Counted from the stretch's first letter, positions 10,351 to 20,885 are shown. The stretch: 64,000 bases of DNA from Deltaproteobacteria bacterium (GCA_002691205.1 NZHD01000051.1:2901-66900), one strand, 5' to 3'. The notes: generated from the letters alone by a model not told the origin. Program-made: numbers and translations.

Positions 10351-11718
10351 CTACTCTGCATCTCTTTTGGAGGATCTTTTCTTTGCCCCCCGAACACGAG
10401 TTTTCCCGCGAGTCGAAGCCCTTCGAACTAACTCCTCAGCCAAAGTCAGGGCCTCCTCCCGATTTAACAACTCTCCATCGAGAAAACCCGCTCGAATCCG
10501 GGCCAAGACTCGTCCAAGAGCGGGCCCCTCTAGCCCTAACGAGACGAGATCAGCGCCAGTCACAGGAACCCTTTGAACTCGATCCTCTGCCGCCCAGCGT
10601 ACAATTTGACGTCGCCCCGCCGAGGACGCCACCGCGTAGAGCGCATACAAACTCTCCTCGTGAATTCCGGCCAGGACTCCATCCACCGCAGACCTGCCCC
10701 GGGCCTTGCTCAGCCCTTCCAATCTTCGGTGCCTCAGGCGAGCAAAACCCATAATGCGTTCAGCTGTCTCTCCTCGGACAGAGAGCCTCTGCAATACTCG
10801 CTGCCTGACAGCCGATGGCAAATCGACCAACCACACGGCCAGCCCCGGCACAAATGGACGATAGGGGCTCGAGCGCCAAGGCGGATTCACGACGGCGCGT
10901 CCCAGGCGTCGAATCGGCGATCTCGCTGAGGACGAGAATGTGAGACTCGAATCGAGTGCCTGAAGAACTCCCCAGTCCGATAAGTATTTAAGTGCTTTCA
11001 CCGGGTCTAACCCTAAGGCGGAATCTGTAAAAACCTTCTCCAATTCGCGTCGGATCCGATCTCCACTGATCGAAGAAAAGACTCCGTGTGCAATCGATTC
11101 ACTCAATGCCACACGAGTCCCGCGCGCCAAACTAAAACCAAGGCGAGGCCCAAGCCGCGCTGCCCGGAAAGCACGCGTAGGGTCGTCGCGAAAGCTCTCC
11201 GAATGCAGTATCCGAAGCTGTTTTCGATCAAGGTCACGAAGACCTCCCACCGGATCTGTCACCTCTAACTGGGCACGCCTCTCGCTTGAAAACAGCTCAA
11301 GCGCTAACGCATTCACACCAAAATCACGCCGAAAAAGATCCTCCTCAAGGGACGCCGCCTCCACGACCGGGAGGGCACCCGGCGACCGGTAAGTCTCACT
11401 CCGGGCCAGCGCCAGGTCCAACTTCCCGTTGCCGCTCTCCATGCTTACCGTGCCAAATCGGCCATGCACCACAATTTTGACATTTTGGGGACAAGCGGCC
11501 CGAGCGACTTCGGCGACGATCTCGCGAGCGGCCCCAGGTGCTTCAAGCACCATGTCCACATCCATAATCGGGCGATTTAACAGAAGGTCTCGGACGGCCC
11601 CCCCGACCAGAAACAAGCGCAAATTTCTCGAATTCGCCTCTTCGGCCAATCCTTGGACTATTTCTACGAGGTCCGGAGACAAACTTCGAAAGATCTCTTT
11701 TGAGCTCATTCGGGACAC
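10351..11718 (-). CDS. cca: CCA-adding enzyme / poly(A) polymerase-family tRNA nucleotidyltransferase
   Basis: Head-domain motif LFLVGGAVRDLLL..P..DVDMV plus RDFGVNAL. Lys/Arg-rich C-terminal tail. CCA versus A-adding specificity cannot be decided by eye. Confidence 0.7.
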   Translation of the reverse strand: MSRMSSKEIFRSLSPDLVEIVQGLAEEANSRNLRLFLVGGAVRDLLLNRPIMDVDMVLEAPGAAREIVAEVARAACPQNVKIVVHGRFGTVSMESGNGKLDLALARSETYRSPGALPVVEAASLEEDLFRRDFGVNALALELFSSERRAQLEVTDPVGGLRDLDRKQLRILHSESFRDDPTRAFRAARLGPRLGFSLARGTRVALSESIAHGVFSSISGDRIRRELEKVFTDSALGLDPVKALKYLSDWGVLQALDSSLTFSSSARSPIRRLGRAVVNPPWRSSPYRPFVPGLAVWLVDLPSAVRQRVLQRLSVRGETAERIMGFARLRHRRLEGLSKARGRSAVDGVLAGIHEESLYALYAVASSAGRRQIVRWAAEDRVQRVPVTGADLVSLGLEGPALGRVLARIRAGFLDGELLNREEALTLAEELVRRASTRGKTRVRGAKKRSSKRDAE

Positions 11719-12662
11719 TACCGACCGGCCCGCCTTCCCGACCCACGCGGGTGCCGGGATTCAACACTCTCCCGCAAACGCCCTTTATCCACATGGGTGT
11801 AGATCTGAGTCGTCGCAAGATCAGAGTGCCCAAGCATTGCCTGAATCGACCTTAAGTCGGCTCCCCCTTCGAGTAAATCTGTCGCAAAAGCATGGCGCAA
11901 CACATGAGGCGACACACGGTCCTGCGGAATGCCCGCAAGACGCGCCGCTTTACGAATGACAAGGAAAAAGTTCTGACGGGTCATGGGAGCCGCTCGACGT
12001 GTGAGAAAGACCGCCCGGGAGCGATCCGAACGACCTGCGAGCAGCGAGGGCCGTCCCTCCGAAAGATAAGCCTCCATGGCCTCAAGAGCCTGCTCGCCCA
12101 CAGGCACGACTCGTTCTTTATTTCCTTTGCCCACAATACGCAGAAGGCCTGCTCGCGAATCAAGTGAAGAGAGCGGTAACGAAACAAGCTCAGTGACGCG
12201 CAGCCCAGCACCATAGAGCAATTCAATCATCGCTCGATCACGTAATCCTATGGGCGTCGTCGTATCCACAGCCTCAACCAGAGCGGTGGTCTCATCTGGG
12301 CGAATCAATCGAGGCAACGTCTTGGGAACACGTGGTCCCAAAACCCCTTCCATAGGGTCGTGGGACAAGAGATTCCTCTGAGCCGCAAAGACCATCATCC
12401 GCCGAAGAGAAGACAGCGCACGGGCACGACTTCGAGGCCCCAACCCACTCGACTCCAAGTCGTCAATGTAAGATAGAACTGTATTTCGAGTCAGATCCTC
12501 GGGTTGGCGTGCGCCACTGGCGAGAGCCGAAGATACGAAGCGCCTCAAATCACTCGCGTACGCTTCAACCGTCTTAGGAGCCAGGCCTCTTTCTAGCTTT
12601 ATATGATTCAAAAACGCATCCCGAAGAGCATCCAGAGAAACGATGCCCCCGGCCACATTCAT
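11718..12662 (-). CDS. xerD: Site-specific tyrosine recombinase XerD/XerC
   Basis: LERGLAPKTVEAYASDLRRF N-domain. C-terminal HVLRHAFATDLLEGGADLRSIQAMLGHSDLATTQIYTHV with R..HxxR..Y catalytic residues. ATG at 12662 overlaps the glnD stop (ATGA). The track ORF starts at TTG 12668. Confidence 0.8.
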   Translation of the reverse strand: MNVAGGIVSLDALRDAFLNHIKLERGLAPKTVEAYASDLRRFVSSALASGARQPEDLTRNTVLSYIDDLESSGLGPRSRARALSSLRRMMVFAAQRNLLSHDPMEGVLGPRVPKTLPRLIRPDETTALVEAVDTTTPIGLRDRAMIELLYGAGLRVTELVSLPLSSLDSRAGLLRIVGKGNKERVVPVGEQALEAMEAYLSEGRPSLLAGRSDRSRAVFLTRRAAPMTRQNFFLVIRKAARLAGIPQDRVSPHVLRHAFATDLLEGGADLRSIQAMLGHSDLATTQIYTHVDKGRLRESVESRHPRGSGRRAGR

Positions 12663-15472
12663 GCCCAATCCCCAGAACCGCTCTCTGGATCTGAAAGATT
12701 TTTAGCCGCCTTCAAAAGGTCAACTCGGAGTCGCTCTACAGATTCAGCATCTCGAAGTTTTCGCCCCGACGGATCTTTCAAATAAAAGCTATCCGTTACC
12801 TGGTCCTTAATGGTCGCTGCTTTAGAAACATAAATTTCAAGCCCGTGATCTCCGAGACATCGCGTCACATCATGCAGAAGCCCCAAACGATCATCTGCGA
12901 TGACATCCACCACCGTGTAAAACTCGCTCTCCGTATTAGAGACGAAAACTCGAGTCGGCTTCTGAGAAGGAGGAACCTGCGCACCGACTCGGCGTCTACG
13001 GCGACGATGAATCAGTTCCTCCACATCAAGGTCACCGGACAGTACTCTTCGCAAATCCGACTGAAACTCATCGAGGGCGAGAGCGCGCTCACTCTCTCCT
13101 CCTGACGGCGTCTTGAGTCGATAGATCTCTAGTGCGATCCCTCCTCGACTTGTATAAACGTTAGACCCAAGAATATTGAAGCGATGAGCTGACAAAACAC
13201 CGGCCACTTGAGAAAAAAGCCCGTGCGCGTCACGGGTGCAGACAATGAACTCTGTGAAGTCAGCCCGCATTTCCCGAAAAGCAGTTTCCACTTCTTGAGA
13301 CTTCCAGTGACTCAAAACCACTTGAGCGTGACGCGCGATCTGCCTTGGGGTATGAGTGACGAAATAGCGACGCGGCATCCCATCAAAAAAACCTTGAACC
13401 CAACCTTCATCAACACCTAAGTTAGAAAGTTCCTCTCTGGTACTTTGCTGCCGAACCTCCACCCGCGCCTCAAGAACCTCCATCGCTTTGCCTGTGTCGT
13501 CTGCTCCAATCTCAAGCATTTCCGCGGCCCGTTCAAACAACTCTCTCAGCAGCTGACCCTTCCAATCGGTCCAAGCATCTTTTGAGCAAGCCCTAATATC
13601 TGCAAACGTGGATAAGTAGAGATTCCGGAGATTCGTCCGATCTCCGCACAACTGGGCCAACTCAAGAATCAACTTCGGATCAGACAGATCCCGACTCTGC
13701 GCAAGGTGAGACATGAGGAGGTGATGCTCGACGACGAACAAAATACGATCCATTCTCTCTTCCGAAAACCCCATTCGGTCCAGCGCAACCCTGGCACGCA
13801 CGATTCCCTTTCGAGAATGGTTTCCTCCGAACCCTTTCCCGATGTCATGCAAAAGGCAACCTAAAAAAAGAGCAGGACGATCCTCTACTTCCTGCATCAA
13901 CTCGGACAACTCAGGCATCTCCTGGGCATAGCGTCCTCGCCAGAGGCGCCGCAGCTCCTCCACCAAGAAGATGGAATGAATGTCCACCGTATAGGTGTGA
14001 TAAAGAACGTGCTGCCATCGACAGACAATGTGCTCCCATTCCGGAATAAAAGCCGCGAGCACCCCAATATCATTCATGGCTGTCAGAGTCCGAGTCACTC
14101 GTTTTTGCGCATGAAGAATTCGCATCAAACACTCACGAAAGCTTGGGTCCTTGCGATGCTCGTCAGTCAACAGACTTAAATTTTCCCTTAGAAACCGTTG
14201 AGCCATTCGAGAAAGAGGAACATCGTGATTCTGAGCAACTTCAAAGGCCATGAGCAGTCGAATGGGCCTCTCCCGAAGATGAGCGGCGTGGGGAATCTCC
14301 AAGTGGGAATCAGCCAACCGAAACCCTTCCTCGACCTCAACGCTCTCCGAGGTCGATCCACCCTGGCTATCGACTCGAATTTCGCACTGGGAAATAACCA
14401 AGTCTGAATAGGTCTTAATCGCGCGAGCGTGTCGATAGTAATCCCGCATAAAACGTTCGACAGGAAGATCGGGGTTGTCCGGTTCGAAACGAAGTTTCGC
14501 GAGCGTAGGCGAGTTCCCCTCGCCGGATTCAGAAGTCCCTTCATAGGCATCCATGGATCCGTATCCCAGCGCCTCTGCCATATACTCCTGCATCTCAAAG
14601 CTCATCTGATCGTGCGCCCGCCCAGCTTTTAAGTGCAGGCCGTTCCTAACTCTCCAGAGAAAGTCGAGCGCGGATCGATACTCCTGCATCTCACGCTCGG
14701 TCAATAATCCGAAATGAAGAAAATCATCAAGATGCCTAATGGAAGGCTGGGCTCCTCGCGCAATCCAATAAGCGGCATGATAATCACGGAGAGCGCCCTC
14801 GCCCTCTTTCACATTCGGCTGAAGCAAGAACAAGGACTCGCCGAAGCTCCTATGCCGCTCCTCCATCATCTCTTGCTGTTCACGAATAAAAGCGGGCACA
14901 TCTTGTAGTAACTCTCGTCGCATCGTGTCCGCAAACTCATGAAAAAACTCGCCGTCGCCGCATAGAAAGCGGGCTGTCAAGACGGTTGTCCTCACAGTGA
15001 CGTCCTCACGCCCCATGGCCAGCGTGTCGTCAATCGTTCGCGTCGCACAGCCTAGGACTCCCCCCGCGTCCCAAAGCCAATACTGAAGTCGCTCTGCAAC
15101 AGTCGCCACGTAGGGGGATAACTCATCTCGATAAAGAACCAACAAGTCGAGATCTGAATGAATCGACATCTCACGGCGCGCGAATCCACCCACTGCGACG
15201 ACGCATAAACCCCGCTCGAGAGCCCCCCCCTCGGAGAGCACCCGTTCCTCACTCAAGGCAAAGAGACTCCGGATGAGACGATCCATCAAATCCGAATTAC
15301 GCTCGTTTACGATCCGGCCGGAGTCGGTCTCCAACTGCAACTCCGCTAAATGAGCACGAACGAGCGCAAGCCTTTCACGTACCATCCCGGGAATGAGGCG
15401 ATCGACTTCACTCTTGCTCTCGGGAAGATCTTCTGGGCGAATCGCCATATCTGGCAGAGAGGTGGTTGTCAT
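12659..15472 (-). CDS. glnD: [Protein-PII] uridylyltransferase / uridylyl-removing enzyme
   Basis: 937 aa. Nucleotidyltransferase motif (GGFARREMSIHSDLDLLVLY), HD domain (LLHDIGKG) and two C-terminal ACT-like domains. Confidence 0.85.
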   Translation of the reverse strand: MTTTSLPDMAIRPEDLPESKSEVDRLIPGMVRERLALVRAHLAELQLETDSGRIVNERNSDLMDRLIRSLFALSEERVLSEGGALERGLCVVAVGGFARREMSIHSDLDLLVLYRDELSPYVATVAERLQYWLWDAGGVLGCATRTIDDTLAMGREDVTVRTTVLTARFLCGDGEFFHEFADTMRRELLQDVPAFIREQQEMMEERHRSFGESLFLLQPNVKEGEGALRDYHAAYWIARGAQPSIRHLDDFLHFGLLTEREMQEYRSALDFLWRVRNGLHLKAGRAHDQMSFEMQEYMAEALGYGSMDAYEGTSESGEGNSPTLAKLRFEPDNPDLPVERFMRDYYRHARAIKTYSDLVISQCEIRVDSQGGSTSESVEVEEGFRLADSHLEIPHAAHLRERPIRLLMAFEVAQNHDVPLSRMAQRFLRENLSLLTDEHRKDPSFRECLMRILHAQKRVTRTLTAMNDIGVLAAFIPEWEHIVCRWQHVLYHTYTVDIHSIFLVEELRRLWRGRYAQEMPELSELMQEVEDRPALFLGCLLHDIGKGFGGNHSRKGIVRARVALDRMGFSEERMDRILFVVEHHLLMSHLAQSRDLSDPKLILELAQLCGDRTNLRNLYLSTFADIRACSKDAWTDWKGQLLRELFERAAEMLEIGADDTGKAMEVLEARVEVRQQSTREELSNLGVDEGWVQGFFDGMPRRYFVTHTPRQIARHAQVVLSHWKSQEVETAFREMRADFTEFIVCTRDAHGLFSQVAGVLSAHRFNILGSNVYTSRGGIALEIYRLKTPSGGESERALALDEFQSDLRRVLSGDLDVEELIHRRRRRRVGAQVPPSQKPTRVFVSNTESEFYTVVDVIADDRLGLLHDVTRCLGDHGLEIYVSKAATIKDQVTDSFYLKDPSGRKLRDAESVERLRVDLLKAAKNLSDPESGSGDWA

Positions 15473-16698
15473 TGCTTATTTCCTAAAGCGCTCTTTTGCG
15501 CCGCGGCCGTCCTTTGACGTGCCTGATTTCGATAGTGCCCCAAACCCGCTGCGATTTGAGCTGCCATGGTGTCAAGATACTGATCATTGGCCAAAAGACG
15601 AGAGTCCTTCCGGTTCGTCAAAAAGCCGGTTTCTACCAGAATGGAGGGCATGCTCGACATAAAGAGGACATAAAAAGGCCCCTTTTTCACCCCTAGATCC
15701 GCCACCGACCCGTAAGTTGAGTTTAGGCCCGTAGTCATATCTTCGTGCACGACCTCCGCGAGCAAACGGGAATGATCCGATGCTTCGGACACCCGCAAGC
15801 GAGACAGTGCCTTCTGCAGAGAATCCACTTGCGAGGGCTTGACTCCATTTTCCCTTGCTGCGACCTGAAGGTTGTGCCTCTTGTGATCTTCGTCCAGATA
15901 GTAGATTTCGATCCCTCGTAATGAACGGTTCTCGGACGCATTCGAATGAATCGAAATAAAAATATCCCCTCTCGCGGACTCGGCCATCGCCGTCCGCTCC
16001 TCAAGGTCAAGAAATCGGTCATCTTGGCGCGTCATCACAACTTCGAAGGAGCGAGCACGCAATCGAGCCGCCAGGAATTTCGCAAGCTTGAGGTTGACAT
16101 CTTTTTCCATCACACCTCCCACGCCCACCGCTCCAGGATCTTTGCCTCCGTGGCCGGGGTCAATGACGACTTTATGAATTGGTCGAGATCCCATGGGCAA
16201 ACGAGAGGAGGTCTTATTCCCCTTCTTAGCCACGGACTTTCGCGCGGGTTTGCTCTGTGGACCGTAGACATCGACCACGATTCTATCCGGAGACGAAAGC
16301 GTAAACATTCGATGTCGGTCGTAGCTTTCAAGGTCAATCACGAGTCGAGTGGTCTTGAGCGTGTTCTGCCCCAACCTCACAGCTTTAAGCAATCCATCCC
16401 CAACCGGCACGCCCTCTTTATACTTCCGCCCCACCCAAATATCTGGGATATCAAGATAGAGCCGCTCGGGACGATTCAGCTTGTCATTGCGCCCTAGATG
16501 GACGAGTGGGGCATTCGAAACGGATACTGGCTCTGTCAACTCGACGACCACTCGGGTGTAAGCGGGGTACGACCAAGTCCGAATTTCGGCCACATCCCCC
16601 AGGCCCTTGGGACGGTCTACCCCTAAGAGAGCCCAGCAGAGCAGACAGAGAACTAAAACAGACCCACGCGAGCGACCAGACGGCTTGATCGAAATCAT
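15469..16698 (-). CDS. N-acetylmuramoyl-L-alanine amidase with AMIN domain (AmiB/AmiC type)
   Basis: AMIN-like N-domain (YTRVVVELTEPV), then Amidase_3 motifs VVIDPGHGGKDPGAVG and FISIHSNA. ATG 16698 forms an ATGA overlap with the mutS stop. The track ORF extends to 16728. Confidence 0.8.
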   Translation of the reverse strand: MISIKPSGRSRGSVLVLCLLCWALLGVDRPKGLGDVAEIRTWSYPAYTRVVVELTEPVSVSNAPLVHLGRNDKLNRPERLYLDIPDIWVGRKYKEGVPVGDGLLKAVRLGQNTLKTTRLVIDLESYDRHRMFTLSSPDRIVVDVYGPQSKPARKSVAKKGNKTSSRLPMGSRPIHKVVIDPGHGGKDPGAVGVGGVMEKDVNLKLAKFLAARLRARSFEVVMTRQDDRFLDLEERTAMAESARGDIFISIHSNASENRSLRGIEIYYLDEDHKRHNLQVAARENGVKPSQVDSLQKALSRLRVSEASDHSRLLAEVVHEDMTTGLNSTYGSVADLGVKKGPFYVLFMSSMPSILVETGFLTNRKDSRLLANDQYLDTMAAQIAAGLGHYRNQARQRTAAAQKSALGNKQ

Positions 16699-19388
16699 GA
16701 GGAACCGGACTCCAGCCGTTTGCGCCAAAGTTCAAGCAGCCCCAGTGCTTCCATGGGCGTTGTCCCATTCACTTCAAGATCCTTTAACTCCGCCAGGATC
16801 CTTTCACCCTCTTCGCCGACCGTAGATTCGGATCGATCAAGGGCCAGTGTGAGTTGGCCCGGCTCCATAGCCTGAGGGCGGCCCTGTTTTTGGCCCGCAT
16901 CTCCCTCTTCTAAATTTTTCAAAATCTCACGTGCACGCAAAATGACATTCGAAGGCAGCCCAGCCAGCCTCGCCACCTGAATTCCGTAGGAGCGATTCGC
17001 CCCGCCACTCACGAGCCGACGAAGAAAGATGACATCATCTTCCCACTCTCTCACTTCGAAATGAGCATTGGACAGGTGCCGCTTACCTTCCGCCAGCTGG
17101 ATCAACTCATGGTAGTGAGTCGCAAATAGAGTCCTGGCTTCAAGCCCGCGGGTGTCATGTAAATGTTCAGCCACAGCCCAGGCTATGGACAAGCCATCGA
17201 AAGTGCTTGTGCCTCGGCCAATCTCATCCAATATGATCAGGCTCCGGCGGGAGGCCAGCCGCAAGATATCCGCGGTCTCTCTCATTTCGACCATAAAAGT
17301 CGACTCGCCTCGAGAAAGCCGGTCTGAAGCACCTACGCGCGTAAAGATCCGATCCACCACGCCTATCCGAGCGGATTCAGCAGGAACAAAACTTCCTATT
17401 TGTGCAAGAAGAACAATTAATGCCACTTGCCTTAAATATGTACTCTTTCCGGACATGTTCGGCCCGGTCAAGAGAAGGATACGTGTCCCCATGCAATCCA
17501 GCTCCGTATCGTTTGGGACAAAGCTCCCTTCCGACGCACGGCGAAGAACCTGCTCGACAACGGGGTGACGCCCTCCCTTAATCTCGATCAACTCGCCTTC
17601 ATCGACCTCTGGACGAACCCACGCTTCCCGGCGTGCGACTTCCGCAAGACTGGCCAGGGCATCTAAGTCCGCCACACGTTCCGCAGCACTGCGGACCTTC
17701 TCAATCTCAGCCAAGACCGATTGACGCAACCCCTCAAAGACCTCTCGCTCAAGAGAGGCAGCGCGGTCATTGGCTCCCATCACGCGACTCTCAACCTCGC
17801 GCAAGCCATCCACAGTGAAACGCTCCACGCTGGCCAGAGTTTGCTTTCGCTCGTAATGCTCAGGGACTTTCTGCAATTGGCTTTTGGGGACTTCAAGGGA
17901 GTAACCGTGAACCGGGTGGTATCGAACCTTCAGAGTGCTAATCCCAGTCTTTTCGCGCTCAGAAGACTCGAGCTCTGCAATCCAGCTGCGCCCCTCGCGC
18001 GCATCCTCATGGATCTGGTCTAGGTCGGGCCTGAAACCCGGCCGGATGTAGCCCACCTCGTGCGCCCCCCTTGACCCGCGAGGAATCACGGGGGGATCAT
18101 CCACCAAGGCCGCTTCAAGTAGGTTCGCCAATTCGGGAAGAGCCTCCGGCAACACGAGCCCAGCCGGCCTTTCTGACTTTGAGTCCGACGTCGCCTCAAA
18201 GAGGTCATCTACATCTTCTTCCAAAGCAGCCCTCACGTCTGGAAGCGCCTGCAAGGAGGAACGCAATGCACCGAGGTCTCTCGGGACCGCGTTGGGTCTC
18301 ACGGCTTTGGCCAAAAGTCGCTCGAGGTCACGAACGTGGCCAAGCGCCTCTCTCAGACGTCCTCTTGAACGATCTAGGTCAAAAAGGAAGCCTACAGCGG
18401 CCTGACGACTTCGAATCACCGCCGGTTGCCTCTCCGGGTAGGCGATCCATCTTGCCAAACGCCGTGCGCCTAAAGCGCAGCCCGTTTCGTCAAGACAGGC
18501 TGATAACGTCCCCACCCGACCCCGATCTTCGTTGTTTTCAAAGAGCTCCAGGTGGCGACGCGTCGCATCGTCCAAAACCACCGTATCGCCCAAAGCATAC
18601 TCACGAACTCGCGGAACATGAGAAAGGGCAAAGGGCTGATTCCGCCCGAGATAACTCAGCAGTGCCGAGATCACCCTGCGAAGGCCCTCGTCCGAACATT
18701 CAGCCCACCCTTCGGGCTGCTCGCCCGAAAAGACGCCATTGAACTGCTCCGCCGGGATCTTTGTCAAAACGGTTTCGGGCAGCAGAAGATTTAAGTGCGC
18801 GCTCGAGACTTCAGCCACCGACTCCTCAAGCAAGATTTCTCGTGGAGCGATTCGCTGCAACTCTTCGATCAAAGCCGCAGGCAACTCTCCATCAATCGTC
18901 TGCTCAACACATGTGGCCCTAAAGTCTCCCGTCGAAGCATCCAACGCCGCAAGGGCCGCCCTGCCCTCAGAACTCGACGGCGCAACCGCCACCAACGAAA
19001 TTTGTTCTCGCCCATCAATTCCCTCTGGATCGCCGACTAAACCGGGCGTCACCACCTCCACCACTTCGCGCTTGACGAGCCGGCGACCGCCTGTGGCTTT
19101 CGGGTCCTCCACCTGCTCGCAGATCGCCACTCTGTGTCCGAGCCCAGCTAACTGTTTGATATAAGCGTCTGCACTATGGACGGGAATACCGCACATAGGG
19201 ACCGCATCCGGCTTGCCTTTATCTCGTGTGGTCAGAGTAATATCGAGGAGTGGAGCGACCTTTTCAGCATCCCCCAAAAACATCTCATAGAAATCGCCCA
19301 TGCGATAAAAGACCACCGCGTCTGGATAATCTGCCTTGATCGCCAAGAACTGACGCATCATTGGCGTTTCAAGCGCTGATGTCTTCAC
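16695..19388 (-). CDS. mutS: DNA mismatch repair protein MutS
   Basis: TPMMRQFLAIKADYPDAVVFYRMGDFYEMF N-terminus, Walker A GPNMSGKST, and DEIGRGTSTFDG. GTG start overlaps the upstream stop (GTGA). Confidence 0.95.
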   Translation of the reverse strand: MKTSALETPMMRQFLAIKADYPDAVVFYRMGDFYEMFLGDAEKVAPLLDITLTTRDKGKPDAVPMCGIPVHSADAYIKQLAGLGHRVAICEQVEDPKATGGRRLVKREVVEVVTPGLVGDPEGIDGREQISLVAVAPSSSEGRAALAALDASTGDFRATCVEQTIDGELPAALIEELQRIAPREILLEESVAEVSSAHLNLLLPETVLTKIPAEQFNGVFSGEQPEGWAECSDEGLRRVISALLSYLGRNQPFALSHVPRVREYALGDTVVLDDATRRHLELFENNEDRGRVGTLSACLDETGCALGARRLARWIAYPERQPAVIRSRQAAVGFLFDLDRSRGRLREALGHVRDLERLLAKAVRPNAVPRDLGALRSSLQALPDVRAALEEDVDDLFEATSDSKSERPAGLVLPEALPELANLLEAALVDDPPVIPRGSRGAHEVGYIRPGFRPDLDQIHEDAREGRSWIAELESSEREKTGISTLKVRYHPVHGYSLEVPKSQLQKVPEHYERKQTLASVERFTVDGLREVESRVMGANDRAASLEREVFEGLRQSVLAEIEKVRSAAERVADLDALASLAEVARREAWVRPEVDEGELIEIKGGRHPVVEQVLRRASEGSFVPNDTELDCMGTRILLLTGPNMSGKSTYLRQVALIVLLAQIGSFVPAESARIGVVDRIFTRVGASDRLSRGESTFMVEMRETADILRLASRRSLIILDEIGRGTSTFDGLSIAWAVAEHLHDTRGLEARTLFATHYHELIQLAEGKRHLSNAHFEVREWEDDVIFLRRLVSGGANRSYGIQVARLAGLPSNVILRAREILKNLEEGDAGQKQGRPQAMEPGQLTLALDRSESTVGEEGERILAELKDLEVNGTTPMEALGLLELWRKRLESGSS

Positions 19389-20425
19389 CGCCCTCTCCCC
19401 ACTGAATGCGAGCTTGTCGATAAATGTAAATCCACCTCTTCCAGGAAGTCAGCATACCCCTTGAAGTCGCTCTCGTCCGAATCCTCCGACGACCTCGCAG
19501 CCATGCTCCGCAAGAAAACGACCAGGGCGACCGTGTTCCAAGGGTCTTCACGCACAATCTCCTCGAGTTCATTCATGGACTCGCTGGCCCGTCCCTCGAT
19601 CAAAAGGCAGCGCGCCAATGCAACCCGAGCCTCGACGTCCTGCGGGGCTTCGGCGAGTTGAGACCGAATCATGCCTTCATAAACCCCTCTGCGTGAAAGC
19701 TTAGGTCGACAGGCCTCGATTCCCAGATAGGCCCGAGCAGCCAAATTCGAGTCCAGGCCGGCGGCCCGGAAGAAAAGCTTCATGGCGGCCTTCCAGCGGC
19801 CACGCTCACGCTCCGCTTCTCCAAGGCTCAGAGCCACTTCCGCTGACTCAGGGTCACACTTCAGAGCCCGGCGAAGTGCGCGTCGACAGGCGTCCGCCTG
19901 ACCCCCTTCTCTCAACTGCAGAGCCAACTCACGCCAAAGCACGGCTTCCTGCTCTTTCAAGGACAGACCGCAGACCCGGGACCTTCGGCGCAAAAACTCG
20001 ATGGCACGAGAAAATTCGCCTTGCTCTCGCATTAACTCGGACATGGCTTCAAGAGCCACCGCGTCGCGTCGATCCTTCCTCAGAATTTCTTCGTAAACCT
20101 CAATCGACCGAGCCAAAAATCCGCCTTCTCGAAAACCGGCAGCCAATTCAGAAAGAGCCCGGGACTTTTGACTCGAATCTAAGTCTCGTCGCAGGGCGAG
20201 CGTCTGACTCAAGCTGATCGACCGGCCCAACTCGCCCCGCTTGCGGTAAACGGAAGCCAGCCCAAGATAAGCGTCTGCATCCGACGAATCAGCCCGAACG
20301 ACCTCGGTCAACGCCTCATCGACCGCATCAAGGTCATGAGCCAACGCCGCCCCGAGCGCACGTCGAATGGAGGCCGGCACATTGCCGGCGAGCCGCCTCT
20401 TCCTGCTCTGCCTGAACCAGCGCAA
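19385..20425 (-). CDS. LapB(YciM)-like TPR protein lacking N-terminal TM helix and C-terminal rubredoxin-type zinc finger
   Basis: Sits in the lapB position downstream of lapA. TPR pattern AYLGLASVYRKRGELGRSISLSQTL ... LAAGFREGGFLARSIEVYEEIL ... ALEAMSELMREQGEFSRAIEFL parallels the LapB core. The last ~60 residues contain no Cys, and there is no hydrophobic N-terminus. Confidence 0.55.
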   Translation of the reverse strand: MRWFRQSRKRRLAGNVPASIRRALGAALAHDLDAVDEALTEVVRADSSDADAYLGLASVYRKRGELGRSISLSQTLALRRDLDSSQKSRALSELAAGFREGGFLARSIEVYEEILRKDRRDAVALEAMSELMREQGEFSRAIEFLRRRSRVCGLSLKEQEAVLWRELALQLREGGQADACRRALRRALKCDPESAEVALSLGEAERERGRWKAAMKLFFRAAGLDSNLAARAYLGIEACRPKLSRRGVYEGMIRSQLAEAPQDVEARVALARCLLIEGRASESMNELEEIVREDPWNTVALVVFLRSMAARSSEDSDESDFKGYADFLEEVDLHLSTSSHSVGRGR

Positions 20426-20503
20426 ACTTACTCCTGTGCGAGCACGCCCCCCAGCGCGACCACCGGATCCCCTCCGGAAGCGAAGCCTAAAGATATCCGC
20501 TGC

Positions 20504-20833
20504 TCAAACGGACACCTCAGCCGAAACCTCTTTAGCCTCGGCCAGAGGCAAATTTCGTAACTCGTGAATTTCTTCCTCTAACTGCTCTGCCTGCTTGCGA
20601 TAGTGCCGTGAGATCAGCCTTGAGCGGAACAACATAAAAAGCATGGGCAAGCCAATCAGAGCCCCGCCCATAGAAGCGGCCCCCAAAAGAGCCTGCCAAA
20701 AAGGCAACTCGTAAAACCGTTCCATGCCGTAATCAAGTCTGACCACTTCATTATGGGCACCCACAAAATGCCACCCCATCACCCAAACAGCCACTAGAAA
20801 AGCGATCGCAATGATGCGTTTTAAAACTTTCAT
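20504..20833 (-). CDS. lapA: LapA-like inner-membrane protein (DUF1049, lipopolysaccharide assembly protein A family)
   Basis: 109 aa with two TM helices and a coiled C-terminal tail. Conserved position between ihfB and the lapB-like gene. Confidence 0.6.
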   Translation of the reverse strand: MKVLKRIIAIAFLVAVWVMGWHFVGAHNEVVRLDYGMERFYELPFWQALLGAASMGGALIGLPMLFMLFRSRLISRHYRKQAEQLEEEIHELRNLPLAEAKEVSAEVSV

Positions 20834-20885
20834 CGCTTCCTTCCTAGATCCCTTCGGCCAACACTGCGCGATGGAAATGGCGCCG

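Noticed and set aside
11718-12662. Tyrosine recombinase as a marker of an integrated mobile element
   Set aside because: It has XerC/D-type sequence and is locked by codon overlaps between glnD and cca in a core-gene block. There are no flanking repeats, tRNA or phage/plasmid genes.
18071-18742. 223-aa plus-strand ORF inside mutS
   Set aside because: It is antisense to a strongly supported MutS reading frame. The translation is Pro/Arg-rich with no motifs.
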